From Nanobdellota archaeon (GTDB lineage: Archaea; Nanobdellota; Nanobdellia; Pacearchaeales; GW2011-AR1), in assembly GCA_018816335.1 (NCBI GenBank), contig JAHIVP010000013.1, positions 19,226 to 83,225 of the forward strand: a DNA stretch of 64,000 bases. Direction: 5' to 3'. Positions 36,162 to 46,153 of the stretch are shown piece after piece; positions within the stretch are counted from its first letter, which is position 1, and each line of letters opens with the position of its first letter. Under the pieces are notes generated by a model. That model saw nothing but the letters and a program-made list of their open reading frames with translations, made no database searches and had not been told where the DNA came from. The translations under genes and the position numbers were made by a program.

Positions 36162-36274
36162 TAGCAGCAAAGCACAATCACAAATTCAGAGGGAAAGTAA
36201 AAGACTTCAAAATATTCAATTTTGAAGTTCCTAAAATTTTTAATTTTAGAAAAAACCGAGGAGGTTGTCTTTAA
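36158..36274 (+). mobile_element. 117-bp operon-embedded hairpin element / 38-aa mini-ORF, copy 3
   Basis: MIAAKHNHKFRGKVKDFKIFNFEVPKIFNFRKNRGGCL; ATGA overlap with the NUDIX gene; TAA abuts the rpl15 ATG. Confidence 0.8.
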
Positions 36275-36742
36275 ATGAAATTAGTAAAAAGAACAAAATT
36301 TTCAAGAATGCGAGCAACAAGATACCACGGACATGCTATGAAGAAACATAAAGGAAAAGGAAATCAAGGTGGAAGAGGAATGGCTGGAACAGGAAAGCGA
36401 GCAGACCAAAAAAAATCTTTAATTATAAACAAATACGGAACAAAATATTTTGGAAAAACAGGAATCACTTCAAAAGGAACACTAAGGAAAAAAAATAATG
36501 TAATGAACCTAGAGGAAATTCAAAAAAAATACCCAAATGAGAAAAACCAAATAAATCTAGAAGGATATAAAATTTTAGGAAAAGGAACTTTAACTTCAAA
36601 ATTAACAATAAAAGCAAAATCAGCATCAAAGTCAGCAATTGAAAAAATACAAAAAGCTGGTGGAAAATTAATACTTCCTGAGGTTAAAGAAAAACCAAAA
36701 GTAGAAGTTAAGAAAGAACCTGAAAATAAAAAAGCAGAATAA
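36275..36742 (+). CDS. rpl15: 50S ribosomal protein L15
   Basis: GKGNQGGRGMAG, KILGKG, SAIEKIQKAGG. Confidence 0.95.
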   Translation: MKLVKRTKFSRMRATRYHGHAMKKHKGKGNQGGRGMAGTGKRADQKKSLIINKYGTKYFGKTGITSKGTLRKKNNVMNLEEIQKKYPNEKNQINLEGYKILGKGTLTSKLTIKAKSASKSAIEKIQKAGGKLILPEVKEKPKVEVKKEPENKKAE

Positions 36743-36743
36743 G

Positions 36744-38144
36744 ATGGCCCTTACAAATATATTAAGAAATTTGCCAGAAGTTGAAGGTCCTGTAGAAAAA
36801 AAATTAAGCTTCAATGTTAAATTAAAATGGACCCTTTTAGTAATAGTTACATTCTTCATACTTTCTGAAATTACTCTTTACGGAATGAGCTTCAATGCTT
36901 TAGAACAATTCAAGGCTATTGCAGTTATCCTAGGAACTAATTTTGGTTCAATTATAAGCTTGGGTATTGGTCCAATAGTAATGGCTTCTATTATCTTACA
37001 ATTATTAGTAGGGTCCAAGATTATTGAAATAGATACATCAACAGCAGAAGGAAAAAGATATTTCCAAGGAATACAAAAACTTATGGTATTTTTCTTCATA
37101 ATCTTTGAAGCAGTTATTTACGTAATGATGGGAGGAATCCAAGCAGCTCCAGGATATACACTCCTAGTAATTTTTCAGTTAATATTAGGGGGTCTTGCAA
37201 TTGTATTCATGGATGAATTAGTAACTAAATGGGGATTTGGTTCAGGAGTTTCACTATTTATTGTAGCAGGAGTAGCTAAACAAATATTCATTCAGCTATT
37301 TCAATTCTTAGGTCCTCAAGGAAATTGTCTTCTTGATTTTTCAGGAACAGCATGTACAGGTAAGGTATTGATTTTAATACAATCTATAATCCAGCAAAAT
37401 CCAACACAAGCTCTTCTTGCTTTAGCAGTAATCATAATCACCGCATTAATTTTCTTAGGAGTTGTATGGGCACAATCTCTAAAAGTAGAAATTCCTTTAA
37501 CCTATGATAGATTAAGAGGATATGGAATTAAATGGCCTCTAGCATTTTTCTATGCATCAGTTATCCCAGTTATTTTAACAGCTGCCCTTGTAGCCAACAT
37601 ATCCTTGTTCGGAGGATTAGCAGAAAACTGGGCTGGCCATCCAACATTTTTAGGTGGATTTGATGACAACGGGCAACCAAGATGTGATGATGAATCATGC
37701 GGATTTGCATTCTGGACTTCATCCCGAAATATTGTTGATATGGTAATCAGAGGCTCATATAGAAATATCTATTTATTCCAAGGAATAACCCACATTTTAG
37801 TATATATGATATTCTCCACGATCTTTGCAGTATTTTGGGTCAAGACCTCTGGTATGGACGCATCCGCCCAAGCCCATAACATCATGTCCTCAGGTTTACA
37901 AATCCCAGGATTTAGAAAAGACGAAAGAATCTTAGAATCTGTATTAAATAGATATATTATGCCTCTAACAATAATGGGTGGTGCAGCAATTGGATTATTA
38001 GCAGCAACAGCAGACTTACTTGGAGCAATTGTTTCAGGAACATCAATCTTACTAGCTGTAATGATTATCTACCAGTTCTACCAAAACATTGCTCAACAAC
38101 ACGCAGTAGATATGCACCCAGCAATGAAGAAGTTTATGGGCTGA
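36744..38144 (+). CDS. secY: Preprotein translocase SecY
   Basis: LGIGPIVMASIILQLL, KWGFGSGVSLFI, QIPGFR, SGTSILLAV. Confidence 0.97.
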   Translation: MALTNILRNLPEVEGPVEKKLSFNVKLKWTLLVIVTFFILSEITLYGMSFNALEQFKAIAVILGTNFGSIISLGIGPIVMASIILQLLVGSKIIEIDTSTAEGKRYFQGIQKLMVFFFIIFEAVIYVMMGGIQAAPGYTLLVIFQLILGGLAIVFMDELVTKWGFGSGVSLFIVAGVAKQIFIQLFQFLGPQGNCLLDFSGTACTGKVLILIQSIIQQNPTQALLALAVIIITALIFLGVVWAQSLKVEIPLTYDRLRGYGIKWPLAFFYASVIPVILTAALVANISLFGGLAENWAGHPTFLGGFDDNGQPRCDDESCGFAFWTSSRNIVDMVIRGSYRNIYLFQGITHILVYMIFSTIFAVFWVKTSGMDASAQAHNIMSSGLQIPGFRKDERILESVLNRYIMPLTIMGGAAIGLLAATADLLGAIVSGTSILLAVMIIYQFYQNIAQQHAVDMHPAMKKFMG

Positions 38145-38198
38145 CATTAGATTTATAAGTCCCTTTTCATATTTACTAAAATAAAGAAGTGAAAGAAA

Positions 38199-38591
38199 AT
38201 GTTTACAGAATTAATTCAAGCTTATCCTAAACCCTCAATTGTAGTAATCTCTATGTTAGCTACCTTATTTATTACAATAATTAATTATTATGTCCAAGAT
38301 AGAGACAAAATGAAAGAATTAAAAGAAGTTCAAAAAGCATGCAGAATAAAACTAAAAGATGCTAAAGGAAACCCAAAACAAATAGCACAAATCAACAAAC
38401 AAATGATGGAGTGTTCAATGGAAATGATGAAACACTCTTTCAAACCAATGCTAATCACATTTATTCCTCTGATTGTGCTTATTGCATTTATTAGATCTTC
38501 TTATGAACCAATCCTAAGTGGATGGCTTTGGTGGTATATTGGAGCTTCAATTGTCTCAAGCATTATCTTTAGAAAGCTTTTTAAGATGTGA
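38199..38591 (+). CDS. EMC3/TMCO1 (DUF106, Oxa1 superfamily) membrane protein
   Basis: TM / coiled coil / FKPMLITFIP...WLWWYI; usual position after secY. Confidence 0.88.
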   Translation: MFTELIQAYPKPSIVVISMLATLFITIINYYVQDRDKMKELKEVQKACRIKLKDAKGNPKQIAQINKQMMECSMEMMKHSFKPMLITFIPLIVLIAFIRSSYEPILSGWLWWYIGASIVSSIIFRKLFKM

Positions 38592-38606
38592 TTTCTCTAA
38601 GTCGCT

Positions 38607-38999
38607 ATGGAACAACAAGACCTAATAAAACTAAGTATACTAGAACAGCAATCAAATCAAATTGAAGAACAAATCAATGCTGTAAATCAAAATATTGCCC
38701 AGCTTGAAGCCCTTAGTTTATCATTACTAAACTTAGATAGAGACAAGAAAAATGGTTTACTAGCTCCAATGGGAAAAGGTATATTTATTGAGTCAGAAAT
38801 AAAATCAAAAAAACTATTTGTAAACATAGGCTCAAATATTCTTGTTAAAAAAACACCACAAGAATCAATTGAAATAATTGAAAATCAAGTTAAAGAAATG
38901 CATAGAATAAAACATCTACTTTCTGAACAATTAGAAAAATCAGCAAATGAACTACAAATACTAATTGAACAAGCTCAAAAAGAACAAGATAAAAAATAA
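38607..38999 (+). CDS. pfdA: Prefoldin alpha subunit
   Basis: Coiled coils flanking LAPMGKGIFI..LFVNIGSNILVKKT. Confidence 0.9.
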   Translation: MEQQDLIKLSILEQQSNQIEEQINAVNQNIAQLEALSLSLLNLDRDKKNGLLAPMGKGIFIESEIKSKKLFVNIGSNILVKKTPQESIEIIENQVKEMHRIKHLLSEQLEKSANELQILIEQAQKEQDKK

Positions 39000-39009
39000 T
39001 TATTTAAAA

Positions 39010-39861
39010 TTAATTATGCTGGACTTTCCTCAAAAAATCCCCAAACTTCAAAACTCCTAACTCAGAAACAATTCCTTTAATATATTTCTTCTCAATTTTC
39101 TCAAAAGCAGGATTCTCAATCTTAATTCCCTTCGGCTTATTTTTCCAAACCTCTTTTGCTTTCCTCTCCTCAATCTTAATATTTTTAGAATAATATTTCC
39201 AAGAATCAGCTAAAATATAAATAGGAATATTATCATCTTCTAAAATCTCCCCAATCATATCACTTCCAATCTTATTAATAACTCCATCTTTCAAAATAGC
39301 ATCAGCTCCTAAAAAAACAATATCAGATTTCTCAGCAGCTTTTTTAATCGCAGAATCCACAAACATAGTAACATTAATTCCAGCATTCTTCAAATCTCTA
39401 GCAGTCTTTCTTCCTTGAAACAAAGGCCTAGTCTCAGTATTATAAACTTCAAAACCATCAAAATCATCATGATGTCTTTTGGATTTTGTGGCCCCGGAAA
39501 TCTTTGATTTCCGTGGGTTCCTACCTTTTTTCTTAGCATAAACCAAAGCTTTGATAACAGTTGATGAATGACAATGTGTGTAAACAATCTTCTTCCCTTT
39601 AATTAACTTAAACACCTCTTTATTTATCCTATCTTGTGTTTCCTCAAAATGTTCTAAAATTTTTCCATAATCCATCCCTTTATCTAAAAATTTTATAGAA
39701 TTAAACAACATTGGTTCTGTTGGTCTAGCACCAAACAGCTTTTTCTTAGACATCTTTCCAGGTTTCAAAACATAAGCTTTCAGCCCAGCTTTAGCTATAT
39801 TTGTAGCTCCCTGAATCTTAACCTCTTTTATATCCTGAACAATTTTATCAAACTTATTCAT
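39010..39861 (-). CDS. eIF-2B-like / ribose-1,5-bisphosphate isomerase family protein
   Basis: IQGATNIA, RPTEP, THCHSSTV, ETRPLFQG, LGADA, INKIGS, NPAFE. Confidence 0.88.
   Translation of the reverse strand: MNKFDKIVQDIKEVKIQGATNIAKAGLKAYVLKPGKMSKKKLFGARPTEPMLFNSIKFLDKGMDYGKILEHFEETQDRINKEVFKLIKGKKIVYTHCHSSTVIKALVYAKKKGRNPRKSKISGATKSKRHHDDFDGFEVYNTETRPLFQGRKTARDLKNAGINVTMFVDSAIKKAAEKSDIVFLGADAILKDGVINKIGSDMIGEILEDDNIPIYILADSWKYYSKNIKIEERKAKEVWKNKPKGIKIENPAFEKIEKKYIKGIVSELGVLKFGDFLRKVQHN
39454..39519 (-). repeat. In-frame palindromic insertion (22 codons)
   Basis: NPRKSKISGATKSKRHHDDFDG; hairpin CGGAAATC-AAA-GATTTCCG; homologous to 52336..52464. Confidence 0.65.
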
Positions 39862-39931
39862 ATATATTCCAAGAAAATTTTCTATTTAAATTATTCTAAA
39901 AATATAAAAACTCTACTTTGTATTAACTAGT

Positions 39932-40792
39932 ATGTTAGAAATGATTCTCGGCCCAAGAAAAGCAGAACGACATCCATGGGAGATGTTTATAATAGGATTA
40001 CTATACGCTTCTCTATCAGTTCTTCTTGTCTCTTGGATTTTTGGCCAAGACGCAGTTTTATCAAAATATTCAGGAATTTTAATTGTAACATTCACAGTAA
40101 TGTTCTCAATTCCTTTTATGTATTATATAATCAAGTTAGAAGAAGAAAAAGATTTACAAGAAAACATAGGATTCTTATCTTTACTAAAAGAACATAGCAA
40201 AGCACTAAAAGCATTTACTTGGCTTTTCTTAGGATTTGTTGTAGCATTTTCTTTTTGGTATATTGTTCTTCCTTCATCAGATAATTTTAGAGCACAAATA
40301 GAAACTTACTGTTGGATTAACAGACCAGCAAATTTTGAGCAGTGCATCTCAGATTATGGCGTAGAAGTTACTTCAAAAACAACAGGATTTGCAACAAACA
40401 AAGAAAGATTATTTATGATATTCTCAAATAATATTTATGTAATGATATTTACCTTAATATTCTCTTTGATATTTGGGGCCGGTGCTATATTTATTTTAGC
40501 TTGGAACGCCAGTGTCATAGCAGCCGCCATAGGAATATTTTCCAAAGAAAGTCTTGCATATTTACCAGTTGGTTTAGGAAGATACATGATTCACGGCCTT
40601 CCAGAAATATTAGCTTATTTTATTGCAGCACTTGCAGGAGGAATCCTAAGCATAGCAATCATAAGACATGATTTTAAAGGAGATAAATTCTGGAAAATAA
40701 TTCAAGATTCACTTAATCTAGTAATCCTTGCAGTTGTAGTTTTATTCATAGCAGGATTAATTGAAGTCTTCATAACTCCAATTTTATTCTAA
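39932..40792 (+). CDS. Stage II sporulation protein M (SpoIIM/DUF95) family membrane protein
   Basis: IFSNN, LAWNASV, HGLPEILAYFIAALAGG, AGLIEVFITP. Confidence 0.85.
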   Translation: MLEMILGPRKAERHPWEMFIIGLLYASLSVLLVSWIFGQDAVLSKYSGILIVTFTVMFSIPFMYYIIKLEEEKDLQENIGFLSLLKEHSKALKAFTWLFLGFVVAFSFWYIVLPSSDNFRAQIETYCWINRPANFEQCISDYGVEVTSKTTGFATNKERLFMIFSNNIYVMIFTLIFSLIFGAGAIFILAWNASVIAAAIGIFSKESLAYLPVGLGRYMIHGLPEILAYFIAALAGGILSIAIIRHDFKGDKFWKIIQDSLNLVILAVVVLFIAGLIEVFITPILF

Positions 40793-40828
40793 GCGAAACT
40801 TTAAATATGCTTTATCTCTCTTTAAGAA

Positions 40829-40963
40829 ATGGCTAAATTTTATTGTAAAAAGTGTAATTATCGTTTTGAAAGCAATTCAGAAAACCTTCCTATGCTTTGC
40901 CCATATTGTGGTGAAAAAGGAGTTATAAAAAAGGAAGAATCAGCTGAACAAATGGTTGAATAA
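40829..40963 (+). CDS. 44-aa zinc-ribbon protein
   Basis: MAKFYCKKCNYRF...CPYCGEKG; TATA CTTTAAATA upstream. Confidence 0.7.
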   Translation: MAKFYCKKCNYRFESNSENLPMLCPYCGEKGVIKKEESAEQMVE

Positions 40964-40983
40964 TTCCTAAATCTTAAAATCTA

Positions 40984-43860
40984 ATGGATGAAAAAGAGCT
41001 AATTGAACAAAGAAAAGAACAATTTAAAGAGTTTTTAACTAAAAACAAATCAGTTACAATATTCTCAATATTAGCAGCTATAACTCTAATTATTACTTTA
41101 TTTGTAAAATTTAATATTCAGATTCCAATATTATACAAAATAGGAGCACCTTTTGGCCCAATGATATTATTTTTATTAGCAATTGGATTTCTAATTTCTG
41201 CAATTTTAGCATATAAAGATTATTTCAAATTAATGTTTCTTCCAATACTTGCATGGATTGTTTATATTGCTTCATTTATTAGAACAAGAAATCTTCCAGG
41301 TTTAAGAGATGTAGTAACAGGGGGATGGACTCTTGGTCCTGATTTAGATCCTTTCTTATTCTTAAGATGGGCAAAAGATATTGTGAAAAACGGAACATTA
41401 ATGGCATTAGATACAATGAGATATGTCCCAATTGGATTTGAAACAACAGGAGAAATGAAATTATTATCTTATATGATGGCTTGGTTTCATCAAGTAGCCT
41501 CAATATTTAACCCTGAGATGACAGTAACTCATTCAGCTGTTATTTACCCTGTTTTCTTTTTTGCCTTAACAGCAATAGCATTTTTCTTAATGGTAAAAAA
41601 AATATTTGAAACAGGATTCAAAAATCAAAAATATCCTTATATCATTGCTTCAATTGCAACAGCTCTTTTAGTAGTTCTTCCTTCACTTTTAGCAAGAACA
41701 ATTGCAGGAATTCCAGAAAAAGAATCAACCGGATTTTTCTTTTTATTCCTGACATTTTATTTATTTATCTCAGCTTGGAAATCAAAAACCTTCAAAAAAT
41801 CAATTATATACGGAATTTTAGCAGGAGCATCAACAGGATTAATGGCTTTAGTTTGGGGAGGTTCTGTATTTTTATATATGACAATCTCAATTTCAGCATT
41901 ACTATATTTTATTTTCAAAGACATAACAAAAAAACAACTCACTGTATATTTAATTTGGGTGTTAACATTTATGTCTTTTCTCTTAACATTCTCAACAAGA
42001 GTTAGTTTAAAAGATTACATAATCTCAACTTCAACAGGTTTAGCTTTTTTTGTATTGTTTATTTTTCTTATTGATTTCTTTTTGTTTAAATCAAGTCCTA
42101 AATTAAAACAAACATTTAACAAAATTAATCTTCCTAAAAAATTAATCTCAATAATTGTGTCAATAATATTAATCTCAATACTTGCGTTTCTTCTTTTAGG
42201 ACCAACATTTTTTACACACAAGGCAAATGATATAATTGATCAACTAATAACTCCCTTTGGAACAGATAGATTCACTTTAACAGTAGCAGAAAATCGTCAA
42301 CCTTATTTTTCAGGAGAATGGGCAGGAGAATTTGGTCCAATAATAAAAAATATACCTTTAAGCTTCTTATTATTTTTCATAGGAGCAGTAACATTATTTT
42401 ATTATACATTTAAATTTTTAGAAAGTCGTGAACGATTAATTCTCACTGGTTCTTTCACAGTATTTTTATTTGGACTTGTTTTCAGCAGATACTCTTCTAG
42501 TAGCTCACTTAATGGAACAAGCCCAACCAGCTTACTTCTATACTTTGGAGGAATAATTTTACTTTTATTTAGTTTCATTTATATTCTATATATTTATAGA
42601 ACTAATAATAAAACAAATCTATTCAAAAAAGTAAATTTTTCTTATCTACTATTAATCACAATGACAATCCTCGCAATTATTGCAGCAAGAGGAGCAGTTA
42701 GGCTTATTATGATATTAACTCCATTTGCAACAGTAATGATATCTTTCTTAATCATTATTCTTTTCTTAAATTATTCTAAAAGTAAAAATGAATTAAGAAT
42801 TATTTTCTTAATTTTGTTTGTAGCATCTGTTTTCCTAGCAGGATTTATATTTTATAATGATTATCAACAAACAGCAGGTTCTGCAGCAGGATTTGTTCCT
42901 TCAATTTATACTCATCAATGGCAAAAAGCAATGGCTTGGGTTAGAGATAACACCCCTGAAAATTCTGTATTTGCTCACTGGTGGGATTATGGCTACTGGG
43001 TTCAATCAATGGGTGAGCGTGCAACTGTCCTAGACGGAGGAAATGTCCATGTTTACTGGAACCACTTAATGGGAAGACATGTTTTAACAGGACAATCAGA
43101 ACAAGAATCATTTGATTATCTTTATTCACACAATGCAACTCATTTACTAATTGATTCAACAGACCTGGGAAAATATACTGCTTTTTCACTAATCGGCGCA
43201 GATACAAATTTTGATAGATACAGCTTTATGCCTTCAATGGTTTTAGATCACTCAAATGATCAAGAAAAAAGAAACTCAACACTTCATTTTTACCAAGGAG
43301 GATTTTCAAATGACGACGATATTATGGTAAACCAGGATGGAAAAGATGTTTTTATTCCAGCAAAAGCAAGTGGAGTAGCAGGAGTTCTTGTAACAAATGA
43401 TAACGGAGTTTTAAAAAATCCAGAAGCAATAATTATTTTCCAAAATCAACAATTTACTGTCCCAATGAAATATTTATATTATGATGGGCAATTACATGAA
43501 TATGAAGGAATCTCAGCAGGATTATTTGTCTTTCCAAGATTAATTCCAGCAGATACAGGAAGTGTTACAATGGACCCAATCGGTGCAGCAGTTTTCTTAA
43601 ATGGAAGAACAGTAAATTCAAACCTAGCAAGACTTTATTTATTTAATCAATCTGAGAACTACAAATTAGTTCATACAGAACAAGATGTTAGAATGCAGGA
43701 TTTAAAAAATAATGGGATGCAAATTGGAGATTTTGCATATTTCAATGGACTCATAGGTCCAATAAAAATATGGGAAATCAATTATCCTGAGAATGTTCAA
43801 TATGATGACAAATATTTATTATTAGAATACCCTGATGACGCACTAAGAAGTTCTAGTTAA
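40984..43860 (+). CDS. aglB: Oligosaccharyltransferase AglB (STT3)
   Basis: DLDP, EKE, TVAE, WWDYG motifs; many TM helices. Confidence 0.95.
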   Translation: MDEKELIEQRKEQFKEFLTKNKSVTIFSILAAITLIITLFVKFNIQIPILYKIGAPFGPMILFLLAIGFLISAILAYKDYFKLMFLPILAWIVYIASFIRTRNLPGLRDVVTGGWTLGPDLDPFLFLRWAKDIVKNGTLMALDTMRYVPIGFETTGEMKLLSYMMAWFHQVASIFNPEMTVTHSAVIYPVFFFALTAIAFFLMVKKIFETGFKNQKYPYIIASIATALLVVLPSLLARTIAGIPEKESTGFFFLFLTFYLFISAWKSKTFKKSIIYGILAGASTGLMALVWGGSVFLYMTISISALLYFIFKDITKKQLTVYLIWVLTFMSFLLTFSTRVSLKDYIISTSTGLAFFVLFIFLIDFFLFKSSPKLKQTFNKINLPKKLISIIVSIILISILAFLLLGPTFFTHKANDIIDQLITPFGTDRFTLTVAENRQPYFSGEWAGEFGPIIKNIPLSFLLFFIGAVTLFYYTFKFLESRERLILTGSFTVFLFGLVFSRYSSSSSLNGTSPTSLLLYFGGIILLLFSFIYILYIYRTNNKTNLFKKVNFSYLLLITMTILAIIAARGAVRLIMILTPFATVMISFLIIILFLNYSKSKNELRIIFLILFVASVFLAGFIFYNDYQQTAGSAAGFVPSIYTHQWQKAMAWVRDNTPENSVFAHWWDYGYWVQSMGERATVLDGGNVHVYWNHLMGRHVLTGQSEQESFDYLYSHNATHLLIDSTDLGKYTAFSLIGADTNFDRYSFMPSMVLDHSNDQEKRNSTLHFYQGGFSNDDDIMVNQDGKDVFIPAKASGVAGVLVTNDNGVLKNPEAIIIFQNQQFTVPMKYLYYDGQLHEYEGISAGLFVFPRLIPADTGSVTMDPIGAAVFLNGRTVNSNLARLYLFNQSENYKLVHTEQDVRMQDLKNNGMQIGDFAYFNGLIGPIKIWEINYPENVQYDDKYLLLEYPDDALRSSS

Positions 43861-43904
43861 TTGTTTAACCAATAATTTAAAAATACAAAAGTTTGTTAAT
43901 ATTT

Positions 43905-44915
43905 ATGGAATTTATAATATACTTACCGATTTTTGCATCTTTTTTAGTAACTCTATTCATAATTCCTTACTGGATTATCAAAGCAAAAAGTATTAAGTTA
44001 GTTTGGGATGATATGAATAAACCTAAAAAGCAAAAAGTAGCAGGTTCAGGAGGACTAACTGTCATATTTGGATTTACTCTTGCTATATTATTATATATTT
44101 CAATTTTTACTTTTATATGGAAAACAACAGATACTTTAGTAATTATCTTTGCTCTGTTGACTTCAATTTTAATTTTAGGAGGAATAGGAATAGTAGATGA
44201 TTTATTAGGATGGAAAAAAGGAGGACTATCAAAAAAATTCAGATTAATTATATGTGCATTTGCTGCAATCCCTTTAATTGTTGTTAATGCAGGAGAAGCT
44301 TCTGTAAACCTCCCTTTTCTTAACGGAACAAACCTAGGATTATTTTATCCTCTTTTACTTATCCCTGTTGCTATAATCGGAACATCTACAACTTTTAATT
44401 TCTTAGCTGGTTTTAATGGTTTAGAAGCAGGACAAGGAATTATAATTATCTCAGCATTATCCTTTGTTTCTTATATGACAGGAAACACCTGGCTTGCTTT
44501 AATAGGGCTAATGCTTGTTGCATCTTTATTAGCATTTTTGATATATAATAAATATCCAGCAAAAATATTTCCAGGAGATAGTTTAACATATCCAGTTGGA
44601 GGAATGATAGCAATAATGGCAATATTCGGTAACATGGAAAGAATAGCATTATTTTTCTTTATTCCATATATAATCGAAGTTGGATTAAAAGCAAGAGGAA
44701 GATTAAAAAAACAATCATTTGGTAAACCAAAAAAAGATGGAAGCTTAATCTTAAGATATAATAAAATTTATGGATTAGAACATTTTGCTATTTGGATGTT
44801 ATCAAAATTCAAAAAAAACGTTTATGAAAAGGAGGTTGTTTACTTTATCCACGCAATACAAATAGCATTTATAATATTTGGGTTAATAATATTTAGAGAG
44901 AGTATTTTTATATAA
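43905..44915 (+). CDS. UDP-GlcNAc:dolichol-phosphate GlcNAc-1-P transferase (AglH/GPT, MraY-like)
   Basis: DMNK, GIVDD, NFLAGFNGLEAG, KIFPGD. Confidence 0.9.
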   Translation: MEFIIYLPIFASFLVTLFIIPYWIIKAKSIKLVWDDMNKPKKQKVAGSGGLTVIFGFTLAILLYISIFTFIWKTTDTLVIIFALLTSILILGGIGIVDDLLGWKKGGLSKKFRLIICAFAAIPLIVVNAGEASVNLPFLNGTNLGLFYPLLLIPVAIIGTSTTFNFLAGFNGLEAGQGIIIISALSFVSYMTGNTWLALIGLMLVASLLAFLIYNKYPAKIFPGDSLTYPVGGMIAIMAIFGNMERIALFFFIPYIIEVGLKARGRLKKQSFGKPKKDGSLILRYNKIYGLEHFAIWMLSKFKKNVYEKEVVYFIHAIQIAFIIFGLIIFRESIFI

Positions 44916-46153
44916 TGATCAAAAGATTTTTAAAAAACGATTTAATAAAAGGAAGCTTTATACTGTTGATATTATTCAATCTATTTAATCTTCTAAATTT
45001 TATTTTTCACTTTATTTCTGCAAGACTTTTAGGACCAGCAGATTACGGAATTCTAGCAACCCTAATGGCAATGATTTATATTATTAATATTCCAAGTGAA
45101 GCAATACAAACAGTAATATCAAGGTTTACAACAACAGCGTATGTAAAAAAAGATTTTGGAGCTTTAAAATTATTAGTAACAAAGTCCTTAGGAAAATTCT
45201 TAATTTTAGGAGTAATCGGACTTTTTATTTTCTTTATTTTTTCAGGATTACTTTCAGACTTTTTCAAAATTGAAAAAGGCTTAATTTTAATGTTAGGTTT
45301 AGTATTTGCTTTAACACTATTAACTCCTATCCCTAAAGGCCTTTTTCAAGGAATGAAAAAATTTGGATATTTAGGATCAACATTTTTTCTTGAAGGATTA
45401 TTAAAAGTTGGTTTAACAACATTTTTAATTTTAATTGGATGGAAAGTTTATGGGGCTATGGCAGCAATAACAATGGCTTTATTGCTAACTTTTTTACTAA
45501 ATTTAATTCTTCCTCCAACCACAAAAGTTTTCAAAGCAAAAAAATCCAAACTTCAAATAAAAGGAATATATTCTTATTCAATTCCAGTTTTAATTGCTAT
45601 AACTTCAATAACAGTATTTTATACTATTGACATGTTGTTAGCAAAAAGATTCTTTGGAGCAGAGGTTGCAGGATTGTACGGAGCAATAGCAATGGTTTCT
45701 AAGATAGTATTCTTTGTTAGTGTTCCAATTTCTAGAGCATTATTTCCCTTAGCATCAGAAAACACAGACAAAAAGAAATCAAATGGTTCTTTGACAAAAG
45801 TGTCTCTTTTCCTTGTAGGACTACTGAGCTTATTTGTTTTATTAATCTATATAGCATTCCCTGAATTAGTTATAAAAATTTTATATGGTTCTCAATATCT
45901 AGAATTTTCAAAATATCTTATTTATCCAACAATAGCAATGGTAATTTTATCTTTAACAAACATATTAATTTTTGCAAATTTATCTAAAAAGAATAACAAA
46001 CCTATTTTTATGCTCCCTATTTTTGTGATATTACAAATAATACTAATCAGTTTATTCCACCAAACAATTATGCAGTTTATATGGATGCTAATTATTGGTA
46101 ATGCTATAACATTTATATACTTCTTAATTTCTTTATTCAGACATGAAGATTAG
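44915..46153 (+). CDS. Oligosaccharide flippase (Wzx/MOP family)
   Basis: ARLLGPADYG, AGLYGA; about 12 TM helices. Confidence 0.88.
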   Translation: MIKRFLKNDLIKGSFILLILFNLFNLLNFIFHFISARLLGPADYGILATLMAMIYIINIPSEAIQTVISRFTTTAYVKKDFGALKLLVTKSLGKFLILGVIGLFIFFIFSGLLSDFFKIEKGLILMLGLVFALTLLTPIPKGLFQGMKKFGYLGSTFFLEGLLKVGLTTFLILIGWKVYGAMAAITMALLLTFLLNLILPPTTKVFKAKKSKLQIKGIYSYSIPVLIAITSITVFYTIDMLLAKRFFGAEVAGLYGAIAMVSKIVFFVSVPISRALFPLASENTDKKKSNGSLTKVSLFLVGLLSLFVLLIYIAFPELVIKILYGSQYLEFSKYLIYPTIAMVILSLTNILIFANLSKKNNKPIFMLPIFVILQIILISLFHQTIMQFIWMLIIGNAITFIYFLISLFRHED

